This document shows, one piece after another, positions 32,611-42,915 of a DNA stretch of 64,000 bases. The notes under the pieces are model-generated. The model was not told the DNA's origin, did not search any database, and saw only the letters and a list, made by a program, of their open reading frames with translations. The stretch is from a virus. The stretch's first letter is position 1. Each line of letters opens with the position of its first letter. Where the stretch lies: positions 1 to 64,000 of IMG/VR virus record IMGVR_UViG_3300013131_000024; one strand, 5' to 3'. The translations under genes and the position numbers were made by a program.

Positions 32611-34059
32611 ATGAGATTTTTTGAATTTAAATTACCAGCCCTAGGGTCTGATTTTTCTGCCGAAATAGAAGCAGATTTGCAAACTATTGCTGCTGCACTA
32701 GATGAAAAACCTGAATTGGAAAAGCAGGTCAATCAAGAGTTAGAAAAATTACTGAAACAGGCCGACTCCATTCTAGCTAAGAATGCAGGCGCAGCACCAG
32801 TTCAAAAACAACCACAACAACCACCACTGGATCAAACCAAAGAAAATTTAGATGAGGATGCTGCAACTTACACTCTCATAGACGATCTAAATGCTACAAT
32901 CGATCAAATATGTGCAGCAGTAAAAAACTGTGATGCTATTGTTAAACCTTTCAAAGATAAAATTAAACAACTTAGGTCAATGGTTGAGAAAGAACTGGCA
33001 TCAGCTTTACAAAAAGGAAAAGAAACAAGAGATATAGAAATCCAACAATTTTTCAGCGGATTAGAAGATCAATTAAAACAATTAGCAGCAAAAGCTGCAC
33101 CAGATGCAAAAACACTTAAAGAAATAGTGATAAGATTTAAAAGCAGTTTTAGTGATACTATACTTAGAGATAGAAAAATAACTCAAGAGGATTTTGCAAC
33201 TTTTCTTAACGATGCTATCAACGGTAGAGTTATCGATATGGAAAATTTAGTTAAATCTCAACAAGGAAACATAGAATCCTATATCAAAGATCCAAAGCAT
33301 AAAGAAATATTCAACATCATAAAAGACGATATCTTTGGATATGTCCCTGGAGGCACTGGTGCAAATTTAGGGCCCGGAGAAGTAGCGTTGACCATGTTTG
33401 GTAATCCTATTAGAAAAGGCGACGTGGGTGATTTAGAAGTCAATGGTATAATGTATGAAGTAAAGGGTGGTAGGACTACAGGCAAAGAAAGCGGATATGG
33501 TGGTAGACTTAATGGCAAAGCCGTACTTAAGCCTACATCTGGAATGCGTATCATAACAAACTACTTTGCTCAAAAATTACCCAAAGTCGATCCTACTATG
33601 AAAGGAAAAACAGGAAAAACTGTTAGTAGATTTAACTGGAATAGCAAAGGAATCAGCAATCTAAATAATGTAGTAAGTGAAAGTATCAAGAGAAAGGATC
33701 TTATCAGAAAATTTAACCAAGGTCTAATGCTTGAACTTTGGAAAACTTTGATCACTAATAATGAAGAAATCAAGAATTTTGATAATCGTGTGATTGCTAT
33801 GGTTGATCCTCAAAGCGGTATTATCGACCCAGCTAACGCTATGCGAATTTCTACCGAACTGCTTTATGAAAGTTATGCTTTATCAGATGGTCAATTACTC
33901 AAGGGAAAAAGACAATTTAACATTATAGTATTAAATGCTGGAACACTCAACTATAGAATGATTAGAAAATCTCAGGATATTTCTAACGTTCAAATCGTAG
34001 GCGGAATTAGTTGGAATGATGCGAATCAAAGTTCTAGTCCTCAACTTTACATCCCATAA
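32611..34059 (+). CDS. Putative internal virion protein with PD-(D/E)XK-like motif
   Basis: MRFFEF start after CTAAATA; GPGEVAL...GDL.....YEVKG. Confidence 0.5.
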   Translation: MRFFEFKLPALGSDFSAEIEADLQTIAAALDEKPELEKQVNQELEKLLKQADSILAKNAGAAPVQKQPQQPPLDQTKENLDEDAATYTLIDDLNATIDQICAAVKNCDAIVKPFKDKIKQLRSMVEKELASALQKGKETRDIEIQQFFSGLEDQLKQLAAKAAPDAKTLKEIVIRFKSSFSDTILRDRKITQEDFATFLNDAINGRVIDMENLVKSQQGNIESYIKDPKHKEIFNIIKDDIFGYVPGGTGANLGPGEVALTMFGNPIRKGDVGDLEVNGIMYEVKGGRTTGKESGYGGRLNGKAVLKPTSGMRIITNYFAQKLPKVDPTMKGKTGKTVSRFNWNSKGISNLNNVVSESIKRKDLIRKFNQGLMLELWKTLITNNEEIKNFDNRVIAMVDPQSGIIDPANAMRISTELLYESYALSDGQLLKGKRQFNIIVLNAGTLNYRMIRKSQDISNVQIVGGISWNDANQSSSPQLYIP

Positions 34060-34121
34060 TACTACAATTTAATATTTCATAGTTTCGCTCTAAATACTAT
34101 ACCGACTACCGGGAGCGAATA

Positions 34122-34949
34122 ATGAAAAAAATAATAACTGGTCTCGTGTTGGGATTAGTTTCTCTGTCAGCTAGTGCTCAAACAACCTATGACTCTAAAT
34201 CATTGGTTGATACTAATAATAACAGCACTTCTACAAGCACTGTCAATAGTACCAGTACAAATACAAATAATAATGTAAACACTAGTACAGTTAATAGTGT
34301 CAGCACTAACACCAATATAAACCAAAACACTAGTACCAGTACCAGTGTGAATACCAATAACAATATCAATACTGGACATACAACAAGTGCCAACACAAAT
34401 ACAAATAATAATACTAATGTAAACACCAGTACCAGCACTGCTACAAGCACAAATCAAAATAATAATGTGAATCAAAATATTAATAGTGGAGACATGACCA
34501 ATAGAAATATTAATGAAAGTAATATTACACAAAAAGTAATTCAACCACCACCAACTGCTATTGCACCTGCAATGATGAGCGGAGGAAACAATGATCTCTG
34601 TACTACGGGAACCAGCGGTGCTGTACAGACGCAGATCCTGGGTATCAGTTCAGGAGGCACAGTTCGTGACATGAACTGCGAAAGATTAAAGAATGCTAAA
34701 ACATTGTATGATATGGGAATGAAGGTAGCTGCTGTGGCTACTATGTGTCAAGATCGTAGAGTATTTGATGCTATGTGGCATGCGGGTACACCTTGTCCTT
34801 ATGAGGGTGTAATTGGCGAACAGGCTCGTGTAGCATGGAATGCCAATCCAGATAAATGGCCAAAACCTGAGGAACCAAAGAGTGATGATTTCTATAAAAA
34901 GACTGGCTGGGGTGCTTTGCTTGGCATTCTGCTTTTTGCCATATTCTAA
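34122..34949 (+). CDS. Exported Asn/Thr/Ser-rich protein
   Basis: Signal peptide, low-complexity stalk, Cys-rich domain, C-terminal TM. Confidence 0.7.
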   Translation: MKKIITGLVLGLVSLSASAQTTYDSKSLVDTNNNSTSTSTVNSTSTNTNNNVNTSTVNSVSTNTNINQNTSTSTSVNTNNNINTGHTTSANTNTNNNTNVNTSTSTATSTNQNNNVNQNINSGDMTNRNINESNITQKVIQPPPTAIAPAMMSGGNNDLCTTGTSGAVQTQILGISSGGTVRDMNCERLKNAKTLYDMGMKVAAVATMCQDRRVFDAMWHAGTPCPYEGVIGEQARVAWNANPDKWPKPEEPKSDDFYKKTGWGALLGILLFAIF

Positions 34950-37182
34950 CGCCCAGCAGATAGATCCCACCACAGGTAATCTAATCTATACTGATGCTAA
35001 TCCGCCGCCTGGTGGTTATGCCGCTCAGGGTGCATCCTGGACTGGACCGTTTGTCGGTACCAATTCAAATGGTGGCGGATTTTCTGGTGGCAATGTACCA
35101 GGGTGGAATCCCTCTACTGGCACATGGATGTTTGGCTATAATCAAGGTACAGTTTCTTATTCTACTTCAATACCTGCTGCCTTTGCTAACGCAGGTTCTG
35201 GCGTTTTAGTCAATGGATATACCTACAGTTGGAATTACCTCAATCAAGACTTCAGTAGAGGTACATTATCTGCCAACATCAATATAAGAAGTAACACAGG
35301 CTCTGTACTACACAGTTATAATTACAACATGCCTCAGACAACTGGAGGTTGGACCAATGTCAGTGGTGTACAAAACTTTGGAGTCCAGTATAATCCTTTA
35401 TCGTTGGGTAATTTAAATTTTAGCTTGACCGGTAAAGATGATCGTTGGTGGGCAGGATATTACGGTCCGCAGATTAAAGACATAGATGTAAGATTAAAAT
35501 ACTCTGTTGACCCTTGTGTGTCTAACTCTTTATATGGTAGTCATTGTCCGGGTTTCAACGATATAGTTACATCAGGCAATTTGATGGGAAGTAATCCATC
35601 GATAAGCTGGGGACAGTCTTTCAATGAAATCATATCCATAAGCACAGCACTACAACATGGTGGCTTGGGAGTAAAAGTACATGGATTTAATTGGGGCTAC
35701 GATGTAAAAAGTAATGATCCGTATTGTGCTGCTTGGTTTATAGTATGTTTCGATAATAGAGATCCGTTAGCTAGAACAACTGTCAATATTACGAATAGTG
35801 CAGGTCAAAGCATTTATTCTGTTTCCAGAGATTACAATGATATTAATAGCTATCAAAGTAAATCATATTCATACAATTTACCCAACAGCACAAATAGTTT
35901 AAGTTTAGGAAATTTTTCATTACAAGGTCAAACTTGGGATAACGCAGGAATACAAAATGTCTATGTAAATGCTAGATATACTCCAGACCAGTGCGTAACA
36001 AATCCTTTGTTTAGCGTTAGCTGTACTGGTTATGCAGAAGCTTTCTTTCAACAACAATGTTCTGCTAATCCGTTATATAATCAAACCTGTCCCGGGTATG
36101 CACAGGCATACTATAATCAACAATGTAGTTTAAATACTTTATATGATAGTGGATGCCCGGGATATGCACAGGCATATTTTAATCAACAGTGTTCATTAGA
36201 TCCTTTATATAATCAAGCATGTCCAGGTTATGCTCAGGCATATTTTAACAATCAGTGTTCATTGAACGCATTGTATAATATACAATGTCCAGGTTATGCT
36301 CAGGCAAAAGTTTTAAAGGACATGCAGGATAAACAAACCGCATCAACGGAATCTACATCAAATTCAAGTTCTTCATATACTTCCAATTCTTCTCCATCGA
36401 CGCAAACGTCATCAACGGTTGCGTTAGCCGATCCAACTAGAACAGAAACTGTGATTACTACAGACGTCGGTGGTGTTGAATTGACTACCTCTGGTCAAGT
36501 TAGTATTCCAACCGGTGAAACAACCTCAACTAAAGAAGCTGTTAAAGAAGCAGCTAGGGCAGAAGAAAAGAAAGAAGAACAAAAAGCAGAAACTAACAAA
36601 GCAGAAGATAAAAAACGTGTAGATCCTCGGACACTGGCAGTGGCCATGGCCGCAGTTGCCGCAACAGAACGTACAGCATTAGCCACAGCCGAGCAAGCGA
36701 TAGTAATGAGTCAAGCTAGCATTGGGCCTAATGATGGTAATGGTATTACACTAGGATCTGGATTGACTTTACAAAATAATAGATCGCAATCATCATTTAA
36801 TGATAAAATTGATGAAAGGAAGGATGAAGGTAGGAATACAGCTTCTCAACGAACATCAGGGCCGACCGACAATATTAATTTGTTGGCAATGCCAATTCAA
36901 CCAGTTCCTGATACTAATCAAAAGGCAGGACCTAGCGTAAGACGTGGTGGCACAGTCGAGGGCATGGAAGGCGGTCCCGATCCTACAGCATTAGCTCGTG
37001 CACCAATGGATTTCAACCAATATTTGAATTCACAGTTGAAAGATGCTCAGTTCTATCAAAGTCGAGAAATTTACCGCGGACAGAGAACTGTTGATAACGC
37101 TAGAGCACAGCGTTTCCTAAATGGTGCTAGCGATGTACTGCACCAACGTATGGTGGAACAACAATATCAGATAGGACAATGA
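34885..37182 (+). CDS. Exported protein with C-x3-(P/L)LY-x3-CPGY repeats
   Basis: Signal peptide; five tandem 22-aa Cys repeats at about 35990-36305. Confidence 0.7.
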   Translation: MISIKRLAGVLCLAFCFLPYSNAQQIDPTTGNLIYTDANPPPGGYAAQGASWTGPFVGTNSNGGGFSGGNVPGWNPSTGTWMFGYNQGTVSYSTSIPAAFANAGSGVLVNGYTYSWNYLNQDFSRGTLSANINIRSNTGSVLHSYNYNMPQTTGGWTNVSGVQNFGVQYNPLSLGNLNFSLTGKDDRWWAGYYGPQIKDIDVRLKYSVDPCVSNSLYGSHCPGFNDIVTSGNLMGSNPSISWGQSFNEIISISTALQHGGLGVKVHGFNWGYDVKSNDPYCAAWFIVCFDNRDPLARTTVNITNSAGQSIYSVSRDYNDINSYQSKSYSYNLPNSTNSLSLGNFSLQGQTWDNAGIQNVYVNARYTPDQCVTNPLFSVSCTGYAEAFFQQQCSANPLYNQTCPGYAQAYYNQQCSLNTLYDSGCPGYAQAYFNQQCSLDPLYNQACPGYAQAYFNNQCSLNALYNIQCPGYAQAKVLKDMQDKQTASTESTSNSSSSYTSNSSPSTQTSSTVALADPTRTETVITTDVGGVELTTSGQVSIPTGETTSTKEAVKEAARAEEKKEEQKAETNKAEDKKRVDPRTLAVAMAAVAATERTALATAEQAIVMSQASIGPNDGNGITLGSGLTLQNNRSQSSFNDKIDERKDEGRNTASQRTSGPTDNINLLAMPIQPVPDTNQKAGPSVRRGGTVEGMEGGPDPTALARAPMDFNQYLNSQLKDAQFYQSREIYRGQRTVDNARAQRFLNGASDVLHQRMVEQQYQIGQ

Positions 37183-37183
37183 T

Positions 37184-37624
37184 ATGTCTAGCATAGATTT
37201 TTCCGCAGGTAAAGCTGCATCAGGAACCCTAAAAGAAGCACAGAATATAGGCAAAGAAGTTGCAGGGGTTATCACAGATCAACAAGCTGACATGGAAAAA
37301 ACTGTTCAGGAACAGCATCGTAAAAGAATGAAAGAAAAGGCTCAGATGGAACTACAGGCATTATCAGAAGATTTTAAAGCCTTTGACAAGTATGAAGCTG
37401 AAAGAAAACATCAGCAGGCAGTGAATCAATTGAAAGTTGAGGCTATCAAAAAATATGGAAAAAATGCCTGGACGGAAATAGAAGCTGTTAAAGTAAAGAT
37501 GAAAAAAGAATACGAACAAGAAATGAAATTTATAGACAGTGATCGACACAAGATGATGGATTTATTTTATTGGTGTTTAACAGTTTCTGCAGTTATAACT
37601 TATTTTTTTAAATTATACAAATGA
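37184..37624 (+). CDS. Coiled-coil protein with C-terminal TM
   Basis: 146 aa. Confidence 0.6.
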   Translation: MSSIDFSAGKAASGTLKEAQNIGKEVAGVITDQQADMEKTVQEQHRKRMKEKAQMELQALSEDFKAFDKYEAERKHQQAVNQLKVEAIKKYGKNAWTEIEAVKVKMKKEYEQEMKFIDSDRHKMMDLFYWCLTVSAVITYFFKLYK

Positions 37625-37857
37625 AAGCACAACCTACTATTTTTATACTTACAATAATAACTATACTAATTCTTCTATGGGCAGAACACAGCTTAAAAAT
37701 GTAAAGGACACAAAATGTTATTTGAATCATTTATGATTTTTTATTTGTTAGAAATATTAGTTTTAATATCAATGGCCATATGGTACTATAAAGAACCTAA
37801 ACTAATTGAAAAGAAAATTCACGATCCTTGGGGTTTTTTGGAAAGAAGGAAAATAAA

Positions 37858-38505
37858 ATGAGCGAAGAAGTAGATATTAATAAAAAAGTTGATGATTTAG
37901 AGGCTGCAAAAGAAAAGTATCTTAGCGAAAATACAGTGATTAGCATCGGTGGTTATGCTTTTACACCGGCTAAGTTGATGATCGCTGCCACCATAGTATC
38001 GTCAGTGCTAGGTGGATTATACGGTGCGTTCGAAATCTATAAAGACTATATGGACATGAAAGACAAGATCGCGAACTATGTCACACCAGACCTAACTGAG
38101 ATCTATAAGAAGATGGAAGTGTTGGACGCCAACACCAGTAAAATGGTTGAATACACTGACAACATCAAGACTGATCTAAAAAATGATGTACGTAGATTAG
38201 AATCAGTAGTTGAAAATGTCGAACGTAGTTCTAAGCAGACGGCACGTGACACTGATCAAACAGTCAAGGAGATAAAACGTGACACTGATCAAACAGTCAA
38301 GGAGATAAAACGTGATGTTGACAACACTCTTAAGGAAACTAGAAGATACAGTGATCAAACTGTTAAAGAAATCAATCAAGAGATAACTCGAAATAATCAA
38401 GAGATGGCTAGAAATCAAAAAGAAACTCAGATTGAGATACGTGCATTGAGAAAAGAGGTAGATGAAAAAATTAAGAAAGCATTGGACAATCCATTGTCCC
38501 AATAA
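37858..38505 (+). CDS. Membrane-anchored coiled-coil protein, paralog A
   Basis: ISIGGY.FTPAKLMIA...DNPL; 33-bp tandem repeat near 38244-38310. Confidence 0.7.
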   Translation: MSEEVDINKKVDDLEAAKEKYLSENTVISIGGYAFTPAKLMIAATIVSSVLGGLYGAFEIYKDYMDMKDKIANYVTPDLTEIYKKMEVLDANTSKMVEYTDNIKTDLKNDVRRLESVVENVERSSKQTARDTDQTVKEIKRDTDQTVKEIKRDVDNTLKETRRYSDQTVKEINQEITRNNQEMARNQKETQIEIRALRKEVDEKIKKALDNPLSQ

Positions 38506-38517
38506 GGAGAGGAGCAA

Positions 38518-39027
38518 GTGGCAGAAGAAAAAGATATAAACAAAGCAGTAGATGATTTAGCGGCGGCCAAAGAGAAATATCTCAGTGCTAATACTGTTAT
38601 CAGTATAGGCGGATATAGTTTTACTCCGGCGAAGTTAATGATAGCAGGAGGTATTATTTCATCAGTGCTAGGTGGGCTCTATGGTGCTTTTGAAGTATAT
38701 AAAGGCTATCAAGATATGAAAGAAAAAATAGCAAAATATGTAGCACCAGATCTGTCAGAATTTGACAAGCGTCTGACTGTAATAGAAAAAAATCAAGCTG
38801 AAACTTCTAATACTTTGAAAGACTCGGCTTCGAAGACAGCAGATTATACCCGTGATATCAAAAATGATTTGAAGGCTGATATTCGCAAAATTGAAAAAGT
38901 CGTAGATGATGTTGAGCGTAGCAATAAGCAGATGCAGAGAGATGTTGACAAAGACGTCAGGGAGCTGCGCAGGGAAATAGATAGAAAGATCAAAGAAGCT
39001 TTGGATAACCCATTAGCAAACAAATAA
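38518..39027 (+). CDS. Membrane-anchored coiled-coil protein, paralog B
   Basis: Tandem duplicate of the upstream gene. Confidence 0.7.
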   Translation: MAEEKDINKAVDDLAAAKEKYLSANTVISIGGYSFTPAKLMIAGGIISSVLGGLYGAFEVYKGYQDMKEKIAKYVAPDLSEFDKRLTVIEKNQAETSNTLKDSASKTADYTRDIKNDLKADIRKIEKVVDDVERSNKQMQRDVDKDVRELRREIDRKIKEALDNPLANK

Positions 39028-39050
39028 ATAACTGTTTGTAAGGAGCCACT

Positions 39051-39350
39051 ATGAAAGGCCAAGTAGTAGTGGCGTTCCTATTAAGCTTATCTAGCTCTAT
39101 AGCCAACGCCCAATTTGAAACAAGTAAACCTGTGATTTGCGATGATACAAAAAAAATTGTTAGATCATTAGTAGAAATTTACAATGAAAAACCTGTGTGG
39201 GGTGCTGTCAATCCTCAAGACTCTACCAGATTCAGTCTTTTTGTAAATAATAAGACAGGAGCATGGACATTGATACAAATGAATCCGCAAGTAGCATGTA
39301 TTCTAGGTGTGGGCGAAGAATCAAAAATGATTTTCGACAATGACGCCTAA
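39051..39350 (+). CDS. Small exported protein
   Basis: Signal peptide; KPVIC...N.KTG.WT...AC. Confidence 0.6.
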   Translation: MKGQVVVAFLLSLSSSIANAQFETSKPVICDDTKKIVRSLVEIYNEKPVWGAVNPQDSTRFSLFVNNKTGAWTLIQMNPQVACILGVGEESKMIFDNDA

Positions 39351-39545
39351 AGAGCAATTCCAGACATTACTTTATCCAAGTTGGTTTATTGATTCAATGG
39401 TAAATCAGTGGCTTGATTTTTGTGTATATTCTATGCTACAATTATATTTTATGCCTGCAACATTGATGGATCAAGGAACGGAAGCAGAGAAATGGATTTC
39501 TAGTTTTTCTACTAACGGGATGAAAAATTTTAATATTTGTAAACA

Positions 39546-40256
39546 ATGATTAAATTAACTATATTGCTGTTGACATTTTTCTTATCATTACCCTTATCAG
39601 CTAAAGATATCACAGCCACAGCGTGGTTAGTTGCCGATGCTGATGGAGAAATTCTCAACAGCGCAAACATTTACGAAGAAAGAAGCATTGCAAGTATAAC
39701 CAAATTAATGACAGTCATGGTAGTGCTTGATGCTAATCAAGATCTTGACCAGTATCTTAAACCTTATACCAGGAGAGAATTATTACAGCTATCCATAGTT
39801 CATAGTGATAATGCAGCTAGTGAAAAATTATGTCAAAACTATCCTGGGGGTAGAAGTAGTTGCATTTCTGCAATGAATCAAAAAGCAAAATTCCTCGGAA
39901 TGATCCATACTCAGTTTTCCGATCCAACAGGTTTAGGTATGACCAATCGCAGTACTGCTTATGATCTTGTAAAATTAGTACAGGCTGCACATCATTATCC
40001 CTTGATTGTAGATGCTAGTCAAATGAGTGCGGTAAAGATCAGGAAAAAGAAAAAGTATTTGGTTTATAGAAATACCAATCCTTTGGTTTCGACCAAGGAA
40101 TTTCTAGTAAGCAAAACAGGATATATTCGCGCCAGCGGAGGGTGTATAGTCATGATGTTAGACACCCATCTTGGACGCAGAATCGTTGTACTATTAAACT
40201 CAAAAAATACCAGGACTAGAATTCCAGAGGCATATAAGTTAGCTACTTTATACTAA
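39546..40256 (+). CDS. D-Ala-D-Ala carboxypeptidase-like (peptidase S11)
   Basis: SITK, SDN, KTG motifs. Confidence 0.9.
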   Translation: MIKLTILLLTFFLSLPLSAKDITATAWLVADADGEILNSANIYEERSIASITKLMTVMVVLDANQDLDQYLKPYTRRELLQLSIVHSDNAASEKLCQNYPGGRSSCISAMNQKAKFLGMIHTQFSDPTGLGMTNRSTAYDLVKLVQAAHHYPLIVDASQMSAVKIRKKKKYLVYRNTNPLVSTKEFLVSKTGYIRASGGCIVMMLDTHLGRRIVVLLNSKNTRTRIPEAYKLATLY

Positions 40257-40258
40257 AC

Positions 40259-40402
40259 TTATCTCCCCTGACCCCTGTATTTTTTATAATTTCTTCGTTT
40301 GGTTTTGTTCATAGAACTTGTTTTTGCCACCCCTCCCTGACTAGTTCTTTTATGAACAGACACATGTGTATTAATGGATGTACTACCCTTAGTTTTAGCC
40401 AT
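40259..40402 (-). CDS. 47-aa basic peptide ending KKYRGQGR
   Basis: MAKTKGSTSINTHVSVHKRTSQGGVAKTSSMNKTKRRNYKKYRGQGR; GGAG RBS and TTAAATA on the minus strand. Confidence 0.75.
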   Translation of the reverse strand: MAKTKGSTSINTHVSVHKRTSQGGVAKTSSMNKTKRRNYKKYRGQGR

Positions 40403-40487
40403 TATCTATCTCCAAAACACTATTTAATACATTGACAAATCTATATTTTTGTGTTATTATAGTAAAAAATCAACTTTCTCAGTTATT

Positions 40488-41330
40488 ATGAAAATCCAAA
40501 TAGTATCCGATCTCCATCTAGAGTTCGAAGATATTTTCATCAAGAATGAAAACTCCGCAGATATGCTGATTCTCAGCGGAGATATCCTCGTGACTGATGA
40601 TCTTTACAATCAACCTGTTAATCTCGCTTGGAGTGATGTTCAGGACACCGGATTTGGCCGTGCTAAACGCAGCATCCGTTATCGGGATTTTTTGAGCCGT
40701 GTCAGCTTTCAATTTCCTCATGTAATTTACGTCATGGGCAACCACGAACACTATCATGGCAAATTTGATAAGAGTGCTGAGATCATCAAACAAACTTTAG
40801 GATACCTTAACATCAATAATGTCTATCTCTTAGACAATGATACCAAAGATATCGACGGTGTGCGGTTTGTTGGTGGTACTATGTGGACTGACTGCAACAA
40901 AGGTGATCCTATGACACAGTATCACCTCGAGCAATGTATGAATGATTTCCGTATCATACGCATTGCCAACGAAGGATTTCGTAAGTTTCTTCCGGCCCGT
41001 ACTATCACAGAACATGTCAAGACCAAACAATATCTTGAAACTGTGATTCACGGCACACCGGATGACATGCCTGTAGTTGTCTGTACTCATCACGCACCTA
41101 GTGCTATGAGCATACATGAAATGTACAAACATGATCATCTAATGAACGGTGGCTACTACAGCGATCTCAGTGAGTTCATACTAGATCGTCCTAAGGTCAA
41201 ACTATGGACACACGGTCATATGCATCAGTGTTCTGATTACAATATAGGTGATTGTCGTGTGGTTTGTAATCCTCGCGGATATAATGACGAAAATCGTGCT
41301 TTCAATAGTCAATTTATAGTCGAAATATGA
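40488..41330 (+). CDS. Calcineurin-like metallophosphoesterase
   Basis: SDLHLE, GD, GNHEHY, THHAP, HGHMH, NPRGY. Confidence 0.9.
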   Translation: MKIQIVSDLHLEFEDIFIKNENSADMLILSGDILVTDDLYNQPVNLAWSDVQDTGFGRAKRSIRYRDFLSRVSFQFPHVIYVMGNHEHYHGKFDKSAEIIKQTLGYLNINNVYLLDNDTKDIDGVRFVGGTMWTDCNKGDPMTQYHLEQCMNDFRIIRIANEGFRKFLPARTITEHVKTKQYLETVIHGTPDDMPVVVCTHHAPSAMSIHEMYKHDHLMNGGYYSDLSEFILDRPKVKLWTHGHMHQCSDYNIGDCRVVCNPRGYNDENRAFNSQFIVEI

Positions 41331-41788
41331 ACACTGTATTTTACAAAAAAGTAGGACGTAGATATCAACCAGTCAGCGAATATGATAGTGAGCTATGTGA
41401 TGCGTTTCCTCAAGGAGCGCATCTCGTAGTAACTAGACCGGGTAGTCGCAGTACGCATTACAGAATAGATCCTGCGCTGGCACCTATGATCGCCGCAGGA
41501 CGTTATGCACAAGATGCCATGGCTGATACTATTAGACGGACTACGGAACTACGTCCTGTCAATCATCAGTTATCAGAAGAAGAACAAATTAAATGGAAAC
41601 AGTTTATCAAAACTATGCCAGATGAATTTCGTTTTATGATGACGCATGGCTCTGCCATTGAGGCTGTGGATGCAGGTATCAAAGCTATGCAAGCAGAGGC
41701 AGATAAGATGTTAACCAATCCTGCTGTGCGTAAGGCTTATGATAACTTTATACTATTGTGTAAACTTGCCAAAGAAGAGGACGTATGA
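41327..41788 (+). CDS. Hypothetical protein
   Basis: 153 aa coupled ORF. Confidence 0.6.
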   Translation: MNTVFYKKVGRRYQPVSEYDSELCDAFPQGAHLVVTRPGSRSTHYRIDPALAPMIAAGRYAQDAMADTIRRTTELRPVNHQLSEEEQIKWKQFIKTMPDEFRFMMTHGSAIEAVDAGIKAMQAEADKMLTNPAVRKAYDNFILLCKLAKEEDV

Positions 41789-41965
41789 TACTTGAAATAA
41801 TAATGTGGGGATTCTTCTCCGCATGGGGTTGGTTTGGAGCCAGCTATGTCAAAGATCAAATTTGGAAACCAGAGACAGTAGAGCAAGAAAAACCACATCC
41901 TAAAAAATCAACCGATTGACTTTTTTTAAGTTTAGTGTTATAATATACAAAATGAAAGGATTTTT

Positions 41966-42592
41966 ATGATCACCCTAAAAGATTTTATGGAATCTGTGGA
42001 TTATCGTATCACCGAAGGCAGTGAATTTCAATGGACCTGTTTCGGTCCCACTGCCTACAGGTTGGATTCGTGGAACGGTGAACAAGACGGACACACTGTC
42101 AGCATCGTGTTCGATACTCTAACACAAGAAGTATATCAGGCAGAAGCGTTTGATTATTCTCGTGAACGTGCATATCGCATGACCAACCCAAAGTATAAAG
42201 ATCTATTCGACGAAGAATGTGAACATCGTGATGTTGTGGACATGGCTTGGGAACGTGATGACGGTACTTCGGTCAATTATGTAGAAATCGATGTGGTAGA
42301 TGACTTTGTTGAAAAAGTCAAAGCTATCGTCGCTGACGAGGACTACGATACTCGCGTACAAGTTCCCGTAGACTTCACAGACGAAGAACTTTTAAAATAT
42401 ATGAAAATGGCTCATGAGCGCGACATGACGTTTAATGAGTTCGTAGAAATGGCTCTGAGAGCTGCCATTAACGAAATCAAAATCCGAGAATACGAAGACA
42501 ACATGCGTGATGAGTATGATTTCTCAGAAGGGGAATCGGGATCTGTTGACAAAGCTGTTAAGAAATTAAAAAAGAAAAAAGGTAAACTATGA
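41966..42592 (+). CDS. Hypothetical protein
   Basis: 208 aa; sigma70-like promoter TTGACT...TATAAT upstream. Confidence 0.65.
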   Translation: MITLKDFMESVDYRITEGSEFQWTCFGPTAYRLDSWNGEQDGHTVSIVFDTLTQEVYQAEAFDYSRERAYRMTNPKYKDLFDEECEHRDVVDMAWERDDGTSVNYVEIDVVDDFVEKVKAIVADEDYDTRVQVPVDFTDEELLKYMKMAHERDMTFNEFVEMALRAAINEIKIREYEDNMRDEYDFSEGESGSVDKAVKKLKKKKGKL

Positions 42593-42915
42593 CAAACGCA
42601 CAAAAGTTTTTAGAAGATCTAAAGACTGGCGTACGGCACGTGGTAATCAATGACTGCTACGGCGGATTTGGATTGAGTCAACGAGCTCAGATCGAATACT
42701 GTCGCTTGGCCGGCATCGATGAAAAAGATTTCTACGATCGTGAAGTTGCTCGAGATGATCCTTACCTAATAAAAGTTGTTAAGGAATTGGGGATGGGAGC
42801 CAACGGTGCCCATGCAAATCTAAAAATCGTAGAGATCCCCGGCGATGTTGAATGGTTGATTCAAGAATATGATGGTGCAGAATGGGTAGCGGAAACGCAC
42901 AGGACCTGGACTTGA
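42589..42915 (+). CDS. Conserved phage protein
   Basis: VVIN.CYGGFGLS, RDDP.L, IVEIP..W.I.EYDG.E. Confidence 0.75.
   Translation: MTNAQKFLEDLKTGVRHVVINDCYGGFGLSQRAQIEYCRLAGIDEKDFYDREVARDDPYLIKVVKELGMGANGAHANLKIVEIPGDVEWLIQEYDGAEWVAETHRTWT

Noticed and set aside
34187-34544. Hydrophobic minus-strand ORFs
   Set aside because: They are shadows of the Asn/Thr-rich plus-strand gene.
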